The translations under genes and the position numbers were made by a program. A stretch of 64,000 nt of DNA from Bispira polyomma (Eukaryota), in NCBI GenBank assembly GCA_965649765.1, contig OZ287757.1, positions 29,016,001 through 29,080,000 on the forward strand. The letters are read 5' to 3'. This document shows, piece after piece, positions 12,997 to 27,124 of the stretch. Below the pieces are notes generated by a model. The model worked only from the letters and a program-made list of their open reading frames with translations. It did no database searches and was not told the origin of the DNA. Position 1 is the first letter of the stretch. Each line of letters opens with the position of its first letter.

Positions 12997-15575
12997 CGTA
13001 TGATTTTTTACAACTATCTGCAGGGTACAGGATTTTGGCAGAGGTAACTTTTCACACAAAAAAGGTTTACAAGTGTATAAATCTTCCACCAAAACCCAGT
13101 CTCACATGTGAATTAAAAAAATTTGATTTACATGATCAACTGTAATTAATGTACATGCGTAAATGTGACTGTGGCATACACCTGAAGAGGCATACCCCTG
13201 ACTGCCTTAATAGGAAAACAGACATTATGTTAAAAAACATGTGACTGTACACATGTACATTGTACAATGTGACTGTGTTGTTACTTCAGAGACTATCTTG
13301 CATACTATCTGAGCCAGTAACTCTACCGAGACAGACCTCACAATCTTACCGGATTGCAGGCAGAGTACCCATGTGGGAGTCAACACTTCACCTGTGATCT
13401 GGAGGCATAAATCGACCCAGATGAGCCCTACCAAGTTTAGCTCCACAGCCACCTCACCATATTTGAGTATGATGGATAAATTACCCACTTATGATCTTGA
13501 TTCCACTACTTGTTCCCCACCAGCTACACCTGGAAAGGAGTTGCCTTGCTATTATACAGCTGACTACTATCGGGAACAGGATAAACTGGACTACCTCTAC
13601 CCAAATCTGTCATGTTCCGGGACATCACCAACCTGGAGGACCCTCTACCTTCAGATCTACAGGATTTTACTCAGTGGGGCAACTTGCCCATTGACTCTAG
13701 TATCAAACAGTTTGACTTATTTGAGTGTTTGGAAAACATATGCACTGACTTATAAAAGGATATCTACCATCATAGGTATTATTTTTATCATTAGGTAGAT
13801 TACTATCAAATAATCTACTTTACTATAAGTTTTATTCATTATTTTTAAAAATATAGTATTATTAATCCTAGCATGGAAAAAAATTACTAAGTTAATATCT
13901 ATTTACTTTTTAATTTTATTCTAGTATATTTCCAGGAATTTTGTGTATTAAATACACCATCCATTGATGTTATTATAAGGTTTATACTTCATAAGTATTA
14001 AACATTTATGTACATTAAATACTGTTATTATCCATTTCCTCCTGTGTTATCCTATCTATAGGTCAGGAGTTTTATTACTCATGTAGTAAACTACCTAAAG
14101 CTATAAATGCCGCCCTCTTCCTATTATACTGATCGTTACTAATTAAGTTAACTGTGTTTCACAACACACTATTGGTGTATACAGCTGCCTATTAGTAAGA
14201 ATCACTAGAGCCACCCCAACTTGTCCAGGCTCACCTACTGGTCAATCCACAGATTACCCCAGTTACCAACGGTTTGAATTTAGTAACACCAGACACTACT
14301 GGTGGGCAACTACCTATTCAAGTGTAATTACCACTGGAGCCATCTCATCCTGAGGAGGCTCACCACTGGTCAACCCACTGGTAATCATGGCAAGTAATTT
14401 ATCACTTTGGTCAATCACATCTATTGTTACCTTTGTGCACCCCACCATATAGACAAATATCGCCAACCAGATATTAACCATTCACCTTCAAATAATGAAT
14501 TAGTGAATTCATATTCGTACACTACTAACCATATTTGAAGACTACCGTCAAGGTGTAAATACAGAATGTGTATAAACGCACTCACACACACTCACATTGT
14601 TTTAATTTGTGTATTACATGTCTATTCATCGTATAATTTAATAGGATTTGATGCCAGATTTATTGTCAACTACCTATATATTGAACTTAATTAAAACACA
14701 TATTAATGGGTTATCATTTATTCAGATTTATTCATTTATTTTTCCTTACAGGAGAATAAATGTTAAAAATTATATATACATAATATGTTTTTATTAATCA
14801 TTTATAAGTTTACTTCTTGCCTATTAATCCTATAATCAAAAAGGATTTGATACCAGATTCATTGTCAACTACCAATATATTGAACTCAATTAAAACACAT
14901 AATAATGGGCTCATCATTTATTCAGATTCATGCATTTATTTTTTCTCACAGGTGAATAAATATTAAAAATTATGTATACATAATATATAATATTTTATTA
15001 TGAATCACTCAAAAGTTGGCTCTTGGTATAGTACTCACCTGAGACCTATCCTGACCACCTAATTCAGTTTTAACATGATTTAGTGTCTCTACGATAAGTA
15101 TCTTTGAGTCAGAGCCCATTTAGAACTCTGCTCCACCCAGCTGCTCTGCCTGATCCGGCGGGGTCAGGCGGATTCTATTTTTCACCTTAAGAAAAAAAAG
15201 GTGAATTTTTTTACAGCCTCTGTTGAGAACACCCACTGGAGTTCGAAATATATTTTCGACCAATAATATATAAGGCAGTCAGTTTACTCCTGTCACCTAC
15301 ACCAAGTTCAAATAAACTCTTATAATATTCTATTGATATGTCAGTTGCCCATAAACAAGCTTCTGAAACTGTTGTTATGATGGATCTTACAGATGACTAT
15401 CATATTCTGTTTACAGTTAACGTCACTCTAACCTGAGGTATGGAGACCACCAGATTTGAGCTTAAGTTTGACTTGTGCTTGAGAATTATGAAGAATATAT
15501 TTTTACAATACTTGGAATTATCGAGATATGTACTGTTTAGCACTGAATAAACTCGTTCTTAACCCAGTTTATATA

Positions 15576-18500
15576 CTATATAACACCACAAAAAGGTTTC
15601 TCTTCAACACCACTATGTATTACCACTGGTCCGGCTGTCTTCTGAAGGACTTTCTTTCTTGAGAGAGGTATCACTAACAAGGACATCAGCCCACCAAAGA
15701 TGCCCAGGCCTCCAGTTACAAAGTAGGGTAGAGTATAGCTACCACTTACACGGTAGAGATACCCTATAAACAACAACATATACAAATGAGATACAAATGA
15801 GATGTATTCCTTATACTTCTCATTTATACAAATCACTGTGTCATCCGTGACGAATAGTCACCCTTTATGACCTTAAATATACATTCGTTTCATGTTAATG
15901 ATGTCTCTGTGACGTATTATTGTAAGAACATAACACAAAAGTTCTTCCAAAAATGTTTTAAACTGTTCAAAAATAGCGTGTATAAATTTGGATTAGTGAG
16001 AAGTGTGGATTCATTACATGTCACTGGCAGATTAGTGACCATAAGTGTACATTTGTTCCATGTCTGTAACATATTGGTGTCAAAAGGTAACACAAATGTG
16101 ATTTGAAAAGTTTGATATCAATATGTGACGTCAGAGAAAATCTACAGACAAATAGACTGGCCACTTTTGTTCAACTCAACGTAGGCTACATGTAAGATAT
16201 GAGACCAGGCCATTTGTAAGGTAACAGACTAGAAAACTGTGGTGAGGGCTGTGTGGGAGTATAAAAGGTCTCCTCTTTCTAAATTCTCCCTCCATTTGTG
16301 TTTACAGAAGAACAAGTATCAGAAATGATACGCAGCATTACTGAGATTTACAATTTTAGTTCTTATTATTATACTATCTCTAGTCATGCCGATTGTGAAA
16401 TTGATATATTGTAGCAAATTTCTACAAACACATGAAAGGCCTACGAGCAGAAATTGTTCTGTTGTACTGGGAAAGCCAACGGCGACCCGAGTGATAGTAA
16501 CCTGCTTGATTCTACTCTGTATCAAATAGTATATCTGTAAACTCTAGCAACGGCCCTAAGGGTAATACTGAGAGTAGCATTGTCCAAAACATAGATTTTC
16601 TTCAGCAAAATGTTGAAGTTCAGACCCAGGTTGAGCAAAGGCTCAAGTAGTCAAAGAAAATCAATGAGAACCCCTCGCAAGGTAGGGTTAAATCCTAATG
16701 CGGGGGAGGTAAGGAAGTTCTATTAAAAAAAGGCGATAGACTGAAATGTCAAGAATTGAATATTTTTGAAGTACACATGGTACTGCAGGCTGATGGACGT
16801 TACAATTATTCTGGCTTACAAATACCAGTTCAATTACAATTGCATGAAAAAAGTTTAAGAAAATTACTTATTGGGACTGGCAGCTATCACTCCTAATCAA
16901 GTACAGATTTCCTCCGGATTTTATCCGCAGTAACAGCATAGAATCACACGGTGACAACCATAAATGAGCCAATGAATGGCCAATGAATGTAAATTTGGAG
17001 CCATGCTTGGGCCCTTTGAGAATCCACCAATCAAAAATTTGAATTTTTCTTCCCTTATGACTAGGGACAAATCAAGCTCAGTCAAGAGGAGAGTGATAGT
17101 CGACCTCAGCTGGCCTCAAGGCGCTTCCCTTAATGCAGGGGTTTTCCCAACTTTATATTTAGGAACTGAATTCATTTTATTGTATGCCTCCATTGATAGT
17201 TTAAAGTATTTTGGGCGCTGTCAGATTTATCGTAAGGTCAGAGGGCCACGTTATTTAAAATTACATCAACGATTTGTGTGTGTCTCATTACCTAAAAAAA
17301 TTCGTACGACAAATCAGAATAGTTACTTTCTGAGCTTGGCTTAACATTAAGCCAGAAACTAGTTTCCCCAGATACAGTAGTGTGTTTAGGAATAATAATA
17401 ATACTGTCGAATCTACCATGTCCATACCAGCTGAAATTAAAGTTCTGTATAAAAAATGGGAGACCAAAACCCATTGTACAAAACAAGAGTTGCAATTCTT
17501 GCCAGGACTACTTCTTTATGTCAGAAAATGTATCAAGTACGCCCGGGTTCTTCTTAACAGAATGCTCAAATTGCTAAGAAATAATCACAGCAAAATTCGT
17601 TTTAAGGTAACCCCTGAATTTAAATGTGATTTGAACTGGTTTCAAACATTCATAGATCAGTTCAATGGGGGTCTTGTTTTTTTATCACAAGCCTGCTAAA
17701 AACAATATCATACTTTACAGGTATGGGAGGCATCCAGGCCAACCAAGTTTACCAAATTTAAATATCAACTCACATGCAAAATGACAACATTGCATACCTT
17801 GAGATGTTAAACATTGTTGTAGCAATGAAATTATAGCTGTGTTTTTAGTGGAAAAACCAGGGATTCAGTGCTGGCGACGTACACAAGAAAAATATATATG
17901 TTGGCCAGTCAGTCCGATATCAAGTTAAACGTGGTGCATATTCTTGGCAAAAAGAATCAAACTGCAGATCTGCTCTCCAGATGGACCGAGAACATAAATA
18001 ACCATTAACTCTTATTCTAGTTAGCATGACCAGTGCAATGGCTGGCCACACATGAGAGTATGTTGAAAGTAAACCATAACATTTAGTTATCCATATATTG
18101 TATTGTAATTGTAGATGCTAATGCCTTGGACACACTACTGACCAAGCGGGATCTTGAGAGACTGATAACAGCATTTGCACCTTCATCAGTCAAGGCTTAT
18201 CAACGAATGCACAAATCATTCTTAACCTATGGTGATTTCATGTCATTGCCTGCGTCTAAGGTGAATGTATTCCAATTGTTTTCCTATCTAGAATTTCTAG
18301 TGTTTTATGCTATCTCAGTCTCCCAAATTGCAAATAATCCGTCTGTCATCAGCCTTTGCTGATCCAGAGATCAGTTATACAGCTTTTCTAATCAATAGAC
18401 TTCTTCAGGCCAGTTGAAATGTTTATTTGATATTCCTCTTCTTAAAGCCTTGGCACAAAAGTGTGATTTAACTTACATGGGACAAGTGTATAAGGCAGTA

Positions 18501-21500
18501 TACCTAACCATTGTTTTTCAGTTTCTTGAGAATGTCTAACTTGTGCCTTCACTCAGAAAATGCTCTTTCACCACAAAAAAGTTGGATAGGGCAGATGTCA
18601 TGTTTAAACCTGGTCATGCAATGATCATGGTCATGTGGTCAAAACACTGCCATCAAATTGGTAACTTTGCCTGCCATGCTAGATTCGGTGCTTTGCCCAG
18701 TCAAAGCTTTAAAAAATGTGCTCAGTATTACACCGGCAAGCAAGAATCTGCCTTTATTCCAATACAAGATGGTCCAAAATTGGGTCTCATTCAAGGACAC
18801 ACTAGTTCACAAGCATCTGAAAAACATATTGCAAATGCTGGGTGTAACCCAGCCTGGACTGACTTTCTACGCTTTCCGATGTTCAGGTGCCACATTTGCC
18901 TTTAATAAAGTCCAATTACAAGACATCCAAAGAAATGGCACTTGAACATCAGACTGTGTCTAGCGATATATCACCGACTCTGCACACACTGTGGCCCAGG
19001 TGGCTGACTGTTTTAAACAGGTTCTACTTACTACCTAATCTCTGGTATTTGGTGGACTGACAAACCAGATTTGCCAGTGAAGTAAAGAACTTCAATATAC
19101 AATAATTTAAAATAATACTAGCTTTTGGGCATAAGTTTACCCGTAGTATTTAATACATTGCACTAATACTTTACGAGGGACCTCAAACTCTTCAAATCTA
19201 AATATTTCAAATTCAATTTAAGGTCACCTTATTATAAAAAAATATCTATCTTAAACTCAAGATATGGTAACCTCAAACTCAGCTCACGGTAACCTCACAC
19301 CTTTAGCTAAGGTGACCTTATGCCCATCCATAAATTATCAAAACTGTATATACTTCAACAGTAGATTTAATATAGAACTACCACATTTTAGCCGCACTTC
19401 TTTATTTCTCTATGGTAACTCATTAAGTAAATAACCTGAACCTGAACCCCGAGGCACTGAAAGCTAGAAAACCTCAAACTAAAAACTTGCAGTAAATGTC
19501 AGTGGAGGTGACTTACCGGCTAGTGGAGTCCCTATAAACTGACCAAGCCCTGAGAAGACCATCAACAGTCCCAGACCTCTGGCTAGTTTCTCTATACCAA
19601 CCAGGTCAACCAAAGCAGGCTGCTGTATTGTGGTAAAACTAACTGTAAATGACAAACATGAGTTGTCAGGCGCACAGTGTGAAATACACAAACGTTGCTA
19701 TGGTCACTATTTACTCGGGCCCAATTGGCAACCCTACAAATATTTATCTGACACCCCTCAGTTTGGACGGGTTGATTACTTTTAACCAATCCATGAATGC
19801 CTCAAATATTATTTCTACGATAGCACGTTATGGCAGTGTACATCCATGGCTGTACTCTCCAGAAAACTGAAGCTCAACCAAGTTAAAATCTGGGTCTCCA
19901 TATCTCTTGCTATAGTGAACTAAACTAAAGTCTACATTTTACAGATTAGAATTCAGTATCGAAAGACTCTAACTATAGTTACAACTTTCTGCAAATTGGA
20001 TATATTTGTATGTAAATTCTTGTACAGACGACAATGGAAGTCATTTTCAATAACCTTTTTATTTTGTTCTGAACAATAGTTACATAGTATTACAGTCTTG
20101 GGCAGTTAGTTAAGTCTTGATAAGAAAAATATTTCCAAATATTTATAATACGGAACAACTCAGACTTGTTGGGAATTTAAATATCACTTTTCATAACTCT
20201 TTAAAATCCACCATTTCTTAAGACCATTTTTTGAGTCTTATCTACATTTACTTTCATGTTCGATAAAGTATTATTCAAGAATATTTATCTGGTGTTGTAA
20301 CCTCCATACTAGGTCAGATAGTTGGCCTATATCATCTGCGTCTGATAACATAAACAACTTTGTACAATATTCATCTAGGTGTACTCCTTTACAATTTCCT
20401 TCAATACTCATTTCTATATAAGTATTTAAATACATTATAAACAATGATGGGGCTAAGCTTACATCCTTGTCTGGTGCCTATAAAACATTTAAAGAACTTG
20501 ATTAGTCCCTCGCGGGTATTGTTACATGCTGATAACTTTTAGTACATAGACTTAATCGATTAAACAAGAGAAAATGAAAAACCCTGTCAAATGCCTGAGA
20601 AATCAACAAATAAGCAATTAAAAACGGCCTCTTTTTTACAAAGATATTTACTAATTATTTCTTGAAGTACAAACATATAATTAATTCCCATTCAAATTAC
20701 TTGCGGTTCGACCGTTTACTATATGAATTCCTAATGTCGGACACATCCACAGCAACTCACATCCAAAGTTATTGCATTTGTCATTGGGATCAAAAGAGTT
20801 TCTGGAGTATAAAATGGCGATCCCTTTGGAGGAATGTAACAGCAGATCAAAACTGGAATTTGGATGTACACTGCTAACTTACTACTGATATTTTGTCTTT
20901 TAGTAACTTTAAATATATTAGTTTTTATATACCTCCATTCCAATGTCCAGTAACACCACAATGATATCCACTTAACTAATGATAACAATAGCCATCAAAC
21001 AGATCAGAAAATTGGTTGTCGAGAAATGTACATGTTTCAATAAAGCCTATAATATTCTATGTGTACATATATTCCTTGAACAAAAGGCCATGTTTCATGT
21101 ATTTTAGCCCTTGAACATTATAACTAATTAGTTTCAGTTCTTCTGCCTGTGTTTACCGAAATAGCCCTGGCCGAGGTGCTGTTTGGTGGTAAAAATGCTT
21201 ATTTAACAGCACTGCAATGATTTTTGGGGCAGGAAACAGTTAAATAAGTGTTACTGACAATGTGCTTTGGATAATAACTAAAAGCACCATAACGGTTATC
21301 TACCCACTACAAATTCTGACTTCACCGACTGAGCTATTAAGCTCTCACATGTTACTGATATGACTATATCTTACCTACTGAGAGAGATAGGAATCCTACA
21401 ATCACCATTATAGTTTCTAGTGTCCTTGCTGCACCAATGACTATCAAGAAGAGGCCCAGTCCTGTGGCAGTCAGACTGTGGAGGATAAGCTTGTTCCGTC

Positions 21501-23433
21501 TGAGAGCTGGTGTGGATGCCAGCACACCAAACAATGGTCCTAGCACAGCATTAGTCAGGCCGCCCACTGACGGTACAAAGGCTGCTTTATACTTGTCTAT
21601 GCCCTCACTTAGACACTTGTTGACAATGTGAAAGTTGTACACCGAGAAGTTCATGTTGACCGTAAAGGATGTGAAAGAAAAGAGCAAGTAAGACGGTTTC
21701 TTGATGAGATCTATAGGAACCAGCTGTCTCAGGTATATCCAGCATTTACTGGAGCAAGTAAAAGAGCAGTTTTTGTCGTCTGGCAAATGCAAAGGTTTCA
21801 GGAATGGTCGATATAGAGCACATAGCCAGACATTCTGCATAAATATGGTCGAGTAGAGTACCAAGGTGCCTCGCCAGCCCAAGTGGTCGACTGCATATCT
21901 AGTGCATGGAGGGAACACAAAGGTACTGATACTGAAACCAGCGACAGTAATACCGCTCACTAGGGTGCGTTTTTTGGTAAAATACTGCTGGACAACTGGC
22001 GACACAGACACATACATCACACCAAAGCCAGCACCTGTAGGCAGATTGTGATATTTATAGGACACCTACATTATCTGCAAGGTAAAGATAAATTAAAATA
22101 AAGTAAAGATTTTCTTTGACTCAGGACTCAACATACAAAGGTGAGAGGTGAAAGAATGTGATCTATACACCGGGACTCCTCTCAATGATCCTCACTATTT
22201 ATGTGACTGTTACTGGGTCGCCTCTAGATGGGATAAAACCCATTTCCGTTTGTTCCGAATTAGCCAATTGAGTGCTCTGTCCACTAAATTACAGTGACTT
22301 TAAATAAATAGTGGAACAGAAGGTAAATATTTTCTTGATTGCAAACAGCCAACTAGCATCATTCGCTTTCTTGAATATAGAGATTTGTACTTGTTGATGA
22401 CCATTTATCAACATCTCGAAAGGTATAGAACCCTGGTCTTCTGTGTTGCTAAGCAAGTGGAACACCATTTCCAGTGGTCAATCAAGCCACTATATATCTA
22501 GCTGGGATCGAAATCTAAGTGCCTGAATGTGTCCACTCACATGATCGCAGTGACTTACCAGAGAGAGTATAGCCCACAGTAAGCATGGTGATGTTGGTGC
22601 TGAAGGAAGCCAGAAAACAGGAGATCGATGCTACAAGTGCTCCACACATGGCTACCACACGCATATCTTTACGATGTAATAGGCTGCTACTCAGAAAACC
22701 TGTCAGACAACAGCCTTTAAAGTTACATATAGTTTGTTTAAATCCTACAGCATGCCATTTCTTGTTAGTCCTCTATGGAATCTTAGCAGTAAAACTAAAG
22801 ATCTGCTTAGTTACCCCAGTATATTGTACAGAACCTCCGGATAATGAACACCTCTATATAATGAATGCTTTTTCCCAGTTAGTGTTCTCTCTGTAGAATT
22901 TGAATCTAATTTCTTCTCTAGTCACTTTTAACAGCTTTCATATCGGAAAAACTAGATTTAATAGAGGAAGAAACCATTGCTGAAGCACTGTACCTGTATA
23001 AAGTACCTGGCAAATGTCTTCTCTCTTTAAAATTAGACTATAGTGAATTATCGAGTAGCTGTACTCTATCTTCCAAAAGAGATCAATAACGAGTAAAATA
23101 TCCTACCTAAATAAAATCCAACAGTTATACCAATATATGTCAATATTTTTTTATAATAGAAAACTATTTCTAGGTTTAATTCATCTGTATATGCAGGTTT
23201 TTACTACATTTACCTGCTATGTGTAAAGCAATGGAGTGATAGGCAGCTGCAGTGCCCACTAGAACCACATCAGCATCAAATTCATCCATATATTCCTTGT
23301 ACAGTACTGAGAAGGATGTGGAGAGGATGAGATCTGAGACGTAGTTAAAGAAACAGACAGCCACCACCACCCAACCATAGCCGCTGTCTGGTGGAGTGAT
23401 GGTTGGAAGGGACGCTTCCACTTCTACTGTCAT
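15576..23433 (-). CDS. SLC16/monocarboxylate transporter-like gene B; exons 23214-23433, 22559-22699, 21375-22034, 19517-19642, 15576-15763 (~444 aa)
   Basis: PDSGYGW and YFTKKRTLVSG motifs; GT-AG phase-1 introns; close paralog of gene A; open frame to TAG at 15576-15578. Confidence 0.9.
16100..19450 (+). mobile_element. Decayed Ngaro-like YR retrotransposon E3 in intron 4 of gene B (antisense to the host gene)
   Basis: gag remnant (VEQRLK..NENPSQGRVKS), RT (GAMLGPF..KRRVIVDLSWPQG), RNase H (LEMLNI..ADLLSRW), YR (FYAFRCSGATFAFN); many stops; boundaries approximate. Confidence 0.85.
19990..21130 (-). mobile_element. Decayed LINE RT/endonuclease fragment in intron 3 of gene B, interrupting the MITE paralogous to 803-1036
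   Basis: Minus strand encodes GTRQGCKLSPSLFIMYLN (RT motif) near 20430-20478; MITE left end at ~19848 and right end (aaatagccc) at ~21160 flank it. Confidence 0.7.
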
Positions 23434-23741
23434 CTGGATCAGTCTGAATGGATTTGAGGAGGTGGAAAGCTGTCGATATAGATAGTAAAGGTGTAAACAA
23501 TTATTGAATAAAGCATTGGAGATGCTGAATCTTCAGAGCCTTTGATTGAATTCTGTTAATGATGTTTCACACGTACACACCATGAGGGATATCTGTACAG
23601 GATAAGCGATATCTCACAGTTTCTGAGAACTTGGCAGGACCAGTCCTGACAGGTGCTATCCACTCAGATATCTCAACCTTCCATCCAGACAAGCTGCGTG
23701 AAAACAGTACTCAATAGGATGCTGGGTACAAATGGAAAATA

Positions 23742-23959
23742 CACCTCTGGGCGGTGTGAGTTTGAATCCCGTCGATGCCTATGTGGGAAAGGTGGTAGTT
23801 CCTTACTGTGGGCCGCTGGTTTCAGTGCAGAACCTTGATCAACTGTATGCAGTGTTTCCTCCAGCGTTTCCAACTACCCGTCCCAATATAACCTAAACAG
23901 GTGCTAGAGTGGACGTTAAATATCCAAATTTAAAAAAACAAAACAAAAAAAAACAACAA
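23742..23959 (+). mobile_element. 5'-truncated tRNA-derived SINE (same family as 60442 and 61133)
   Basis: Near-identical to the 3' part of the 60442-60704 copy; A-rich tail; flanking acaaatggaaaata/acaaatgaaata resembles a TSD. Confidence 0.85.
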
Positions 23960-24566
23960 AACAAATGAAATATAGCATCTGCAAGTAACACATATTTGCC
24001 CTCTTTGATACCTCTATTGATCCCAGCTCAAACTCAACTCCAATGAATGGTATGTGGACACCCTTGTTTTGGAATTGACCTGTACATGTAACCATTAATT
24101 TTAATAGAGTTTTCAATAGTGAATTCAAATATGGCACCAGATTTTTTCGTATCTTCAGTCCAGCCAAAGATATGAGTTTTGGTTAAAGTGACGGGCCGTA
24201 TTTAACAAATGTCTTAATGTTTTCAACTGCAAGAGAAAACGATCTCCCTGAACTGACAGAAAAATATTAAACATAATTGACAGAATTCAATTAAAGGCTC
24301 TAAAGATTCAGGATCTTCAATGCAGTTTTCAAAATAAAAAATATCTTGACGGAAATATTTCGGTAATAAGTTACAGGTAGCTGGAGTCACTAAAAAACAC
24401 ACAACAACTTCTGCTGTTCAATAATGGCCTTACATATTTTTTTTAAACTAAGGAGAAAAATAAGAAAGTTCGAAAAATATTCTTGGAGTGTCAACTGCGT
24501 GCTGACAGACAGGTTCTGGGAGTAACAATTGCTGTTGACTGCTTGCTGACAGAGTGGTTAAAGGAG

Positions 24567-24764
24567 TGGAAGGTAGCCCTCTCGTTGTCCTACATTCTCA
24601 ATAAGATAAACACTCTTGTTCCACTGACCTGGGTTCTGATTCGTTGGTGGGTGGTCCACTTTACTAATTAATTAATTATGTCCCGCCAAAAGTGTGGAAT
24701 ATCCCACTTTTAATTTATAGGTCAGAAGGGCAAGACGCCATTTTATGTTAGACAATTTCAAATT
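24567..24764 (+). repeat. E1 split direct repeat A1 (partner A2 36721-36942)
   Basis: tggaaggtagcc...gacaatttcaaatt shared; A1 has a ~24-nt deletion near its start. Confidence 0.9.
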
Positions 24765-25392
24765 TTAAGGAACTTTTATTTTGTGTTTCCAAAGGATTTA
24801 CCTGGAGATTTTATGTGCTTTCTTGGAATAAATCACACGGAGATCCTGCTGTGGAGTTCCTGACATGTTATAAGCTGTTTATGCTTGGATTTATACGCAT
24901 ACTGCTCTACTTGTTGGGGCTATGAATGAGGGCTGTATACTGTGATTTATGTTATCTTAACTGCTAGATTTTAATATTTTAAAGCATTTTTACATTATTT
25001 ACAAACACACCCTCATTCCATGTATATGCAGAAATCTAAGCACATTGTGCTATATTTCTATTTTCAGTAAAACTAACTAGACTATATATATATATATATC
25101 AGTGCAATCCAGTGCACGATGGTGCAATAATTTACACAGAAACACTGAACTACACAGGTGTCTGTATTTAAATCGTGGTGCAGGAGAATCATGTACAATT
25201 GTTTGTGATTACATATAAAAACAGTTAACACACGGTGTACCATGAAACCACAAACATTCCCAATTGTGACAATCCACACCAAGGTGTGAAACAAAATCTA
25301 GGCTGAATACAGGGTATTCATTAAGTAGTGGAAAAGACATTCTTTAAATAAAACATTACCGTAAAGTGACTAATAGCTACTTAGAGTGCATT

Positions 25393-26394
25393 ATGGCTCC
25401 TAGGAAGACATATGATGATGAGGCCTGCGGGTCTAACCATCAGAAACCAATCAATGAAAGATGTAGTGGTGAAAAACATTGTACCGGATGTTTCGGATGA
25501 CGAACCGGACATGTCATCTGCCCAGGTTAATAAACTGATCCTGCAGCAGCTCACTGACTTAAGTAGTCGTATGACTAAGATGGAGAAGAGAGCAGACGGT
25601 GCAGATGGTAGTGGTGAAACCAGCAGTGGCCAGACGACATCGCAGCTTCCCGCAGAAGTTCCTATGGCTGCCAGCAGAGACCCATTGGCTGACTTATTGG
25701 TGCCTTCCATACAGACACTGAGGCAGTCAACACACATCAAGGAAGCTGTGGACATCCGACTACGAGAACTGACCCGCATAAACGAATCAGGTAACTTTCG
25801 TTCCCAAAGGGGCGGGGCTGAGACAGTGTGGGTTAAACGGCAAGTACCTTGGCCGCAAAACTTTATACTGGGGGGGCAGACAAAATCTAGACTAGCTTAT
25901 GACAATCTCTCTATGGCCCAATGGGTCTCAGGTTTCACCAACATAATCCAAGAAGAACAAAATAGTGTAACTAAGGATCTCATGCTCGAGTACCTTTCGG
26001 AATTAATGGAGGATTGAGCCATGATTTTTCTTGGAACACGGCTAAAGGCACTCATGCAGTCCTCCTCTGTAAAAAGGATGAGGGCAAAGTTTCTTGGGAG
26101 GACACCCATAAAATCGATATGATCCGTAGGGCTCATGCCCAGAGGGTTACCACATCACAAAATTTCTCTAGTTAGGGCTCGAGTAGTAGAAAAAACACCA
26201 GTGAAAAAGGCAAACCCTCCAGATTTTTCCAGAAAGGAACTTGTCCGCAAAAAACTGACCATGAGTCAGGTGGTCAATTATATACCCATATATGTGCTCA
26301 TTGCTTTGTCGGAGGTAAAATCTACAACCACCCATCCAAAGATTGTAGAAAGTTAAACTCTGGGGGAGAAAAAACAAATTCAAAAAACGAATAG
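25393..26394 (+). pseudogene. E1 gag (frameshifted)
   Basis: MAPRK..CGSNHQKPINERC N-terminal motif, SQRGG..WPQNFIL..QWVSGF core, C-terminal Cys/His cluster (C..H..HICAHC..H..C); frameshifts near 25.47 kb and ~26015. Confidence 0.8.
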
Positions 26395-27124
26395 GGCACT
26401 ACAAGTCTGCAGTGCCCATTTTTTACTCCAAGATAATAACCAATGGGGTGGTTGCAGCTGCAGCAAGTGACAACTGGAAGGCAGATTGGGCAAGAGTTAA
26501 TTGCAAAACACACGCTGATAATGTAAAAATTAATAAGGTCAGTCAAAAGCCTAATTCTAGTTGCCACTTGAACTGTAAAACTTTAAATAATGTATCTAAA
26601 AAAGTTAACACTGTATTGTACAATAATAATGTGAGCAAATGTCACCTGGTTGAAAGCCAGTTAACAAAAAATTGTGTACCTAATGTATGTCAAAATAATG
26701 TAAAAAGGCACCTATTGCAGAGCAGCCGCAACAAGCAATACGGTAAGACTGATAAACCCACTAAACCCTATGTAAACAGACCAAACATCAACAAGAGTTA
26801 TGCAACCAAAATAGGTCAGACAACAGAACAATGTCCGAGTTCCCACAATAGGTTTGCACCCTTGGTAGAACATAGAGGGGATGGGGTGAACACTGACCCA
26901 AATATGGGGAACACTGAAAAAATCACAAGTACTGATACCAGTACAAGGGGACACAGTATTTTAGAACAAAATACACTCACTAGTAGTGAAGACAAATATG
27001 ACTTGCAGTTACAAGTTAAAGTCTGACATAGGGATACAATTGCACAAGCTAGCAGTAACTCTATTAACAAGCTATGGAATAAGCAAACACACAGTAAGTT
27101 TGGTTTTATACCTCTTGGTGACTT

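Noticed and set aside
13373-13798. 141-aa ORF as a host gene
   Set aside because: Non-ATG start, no recognisable domain and no supporting exon structure
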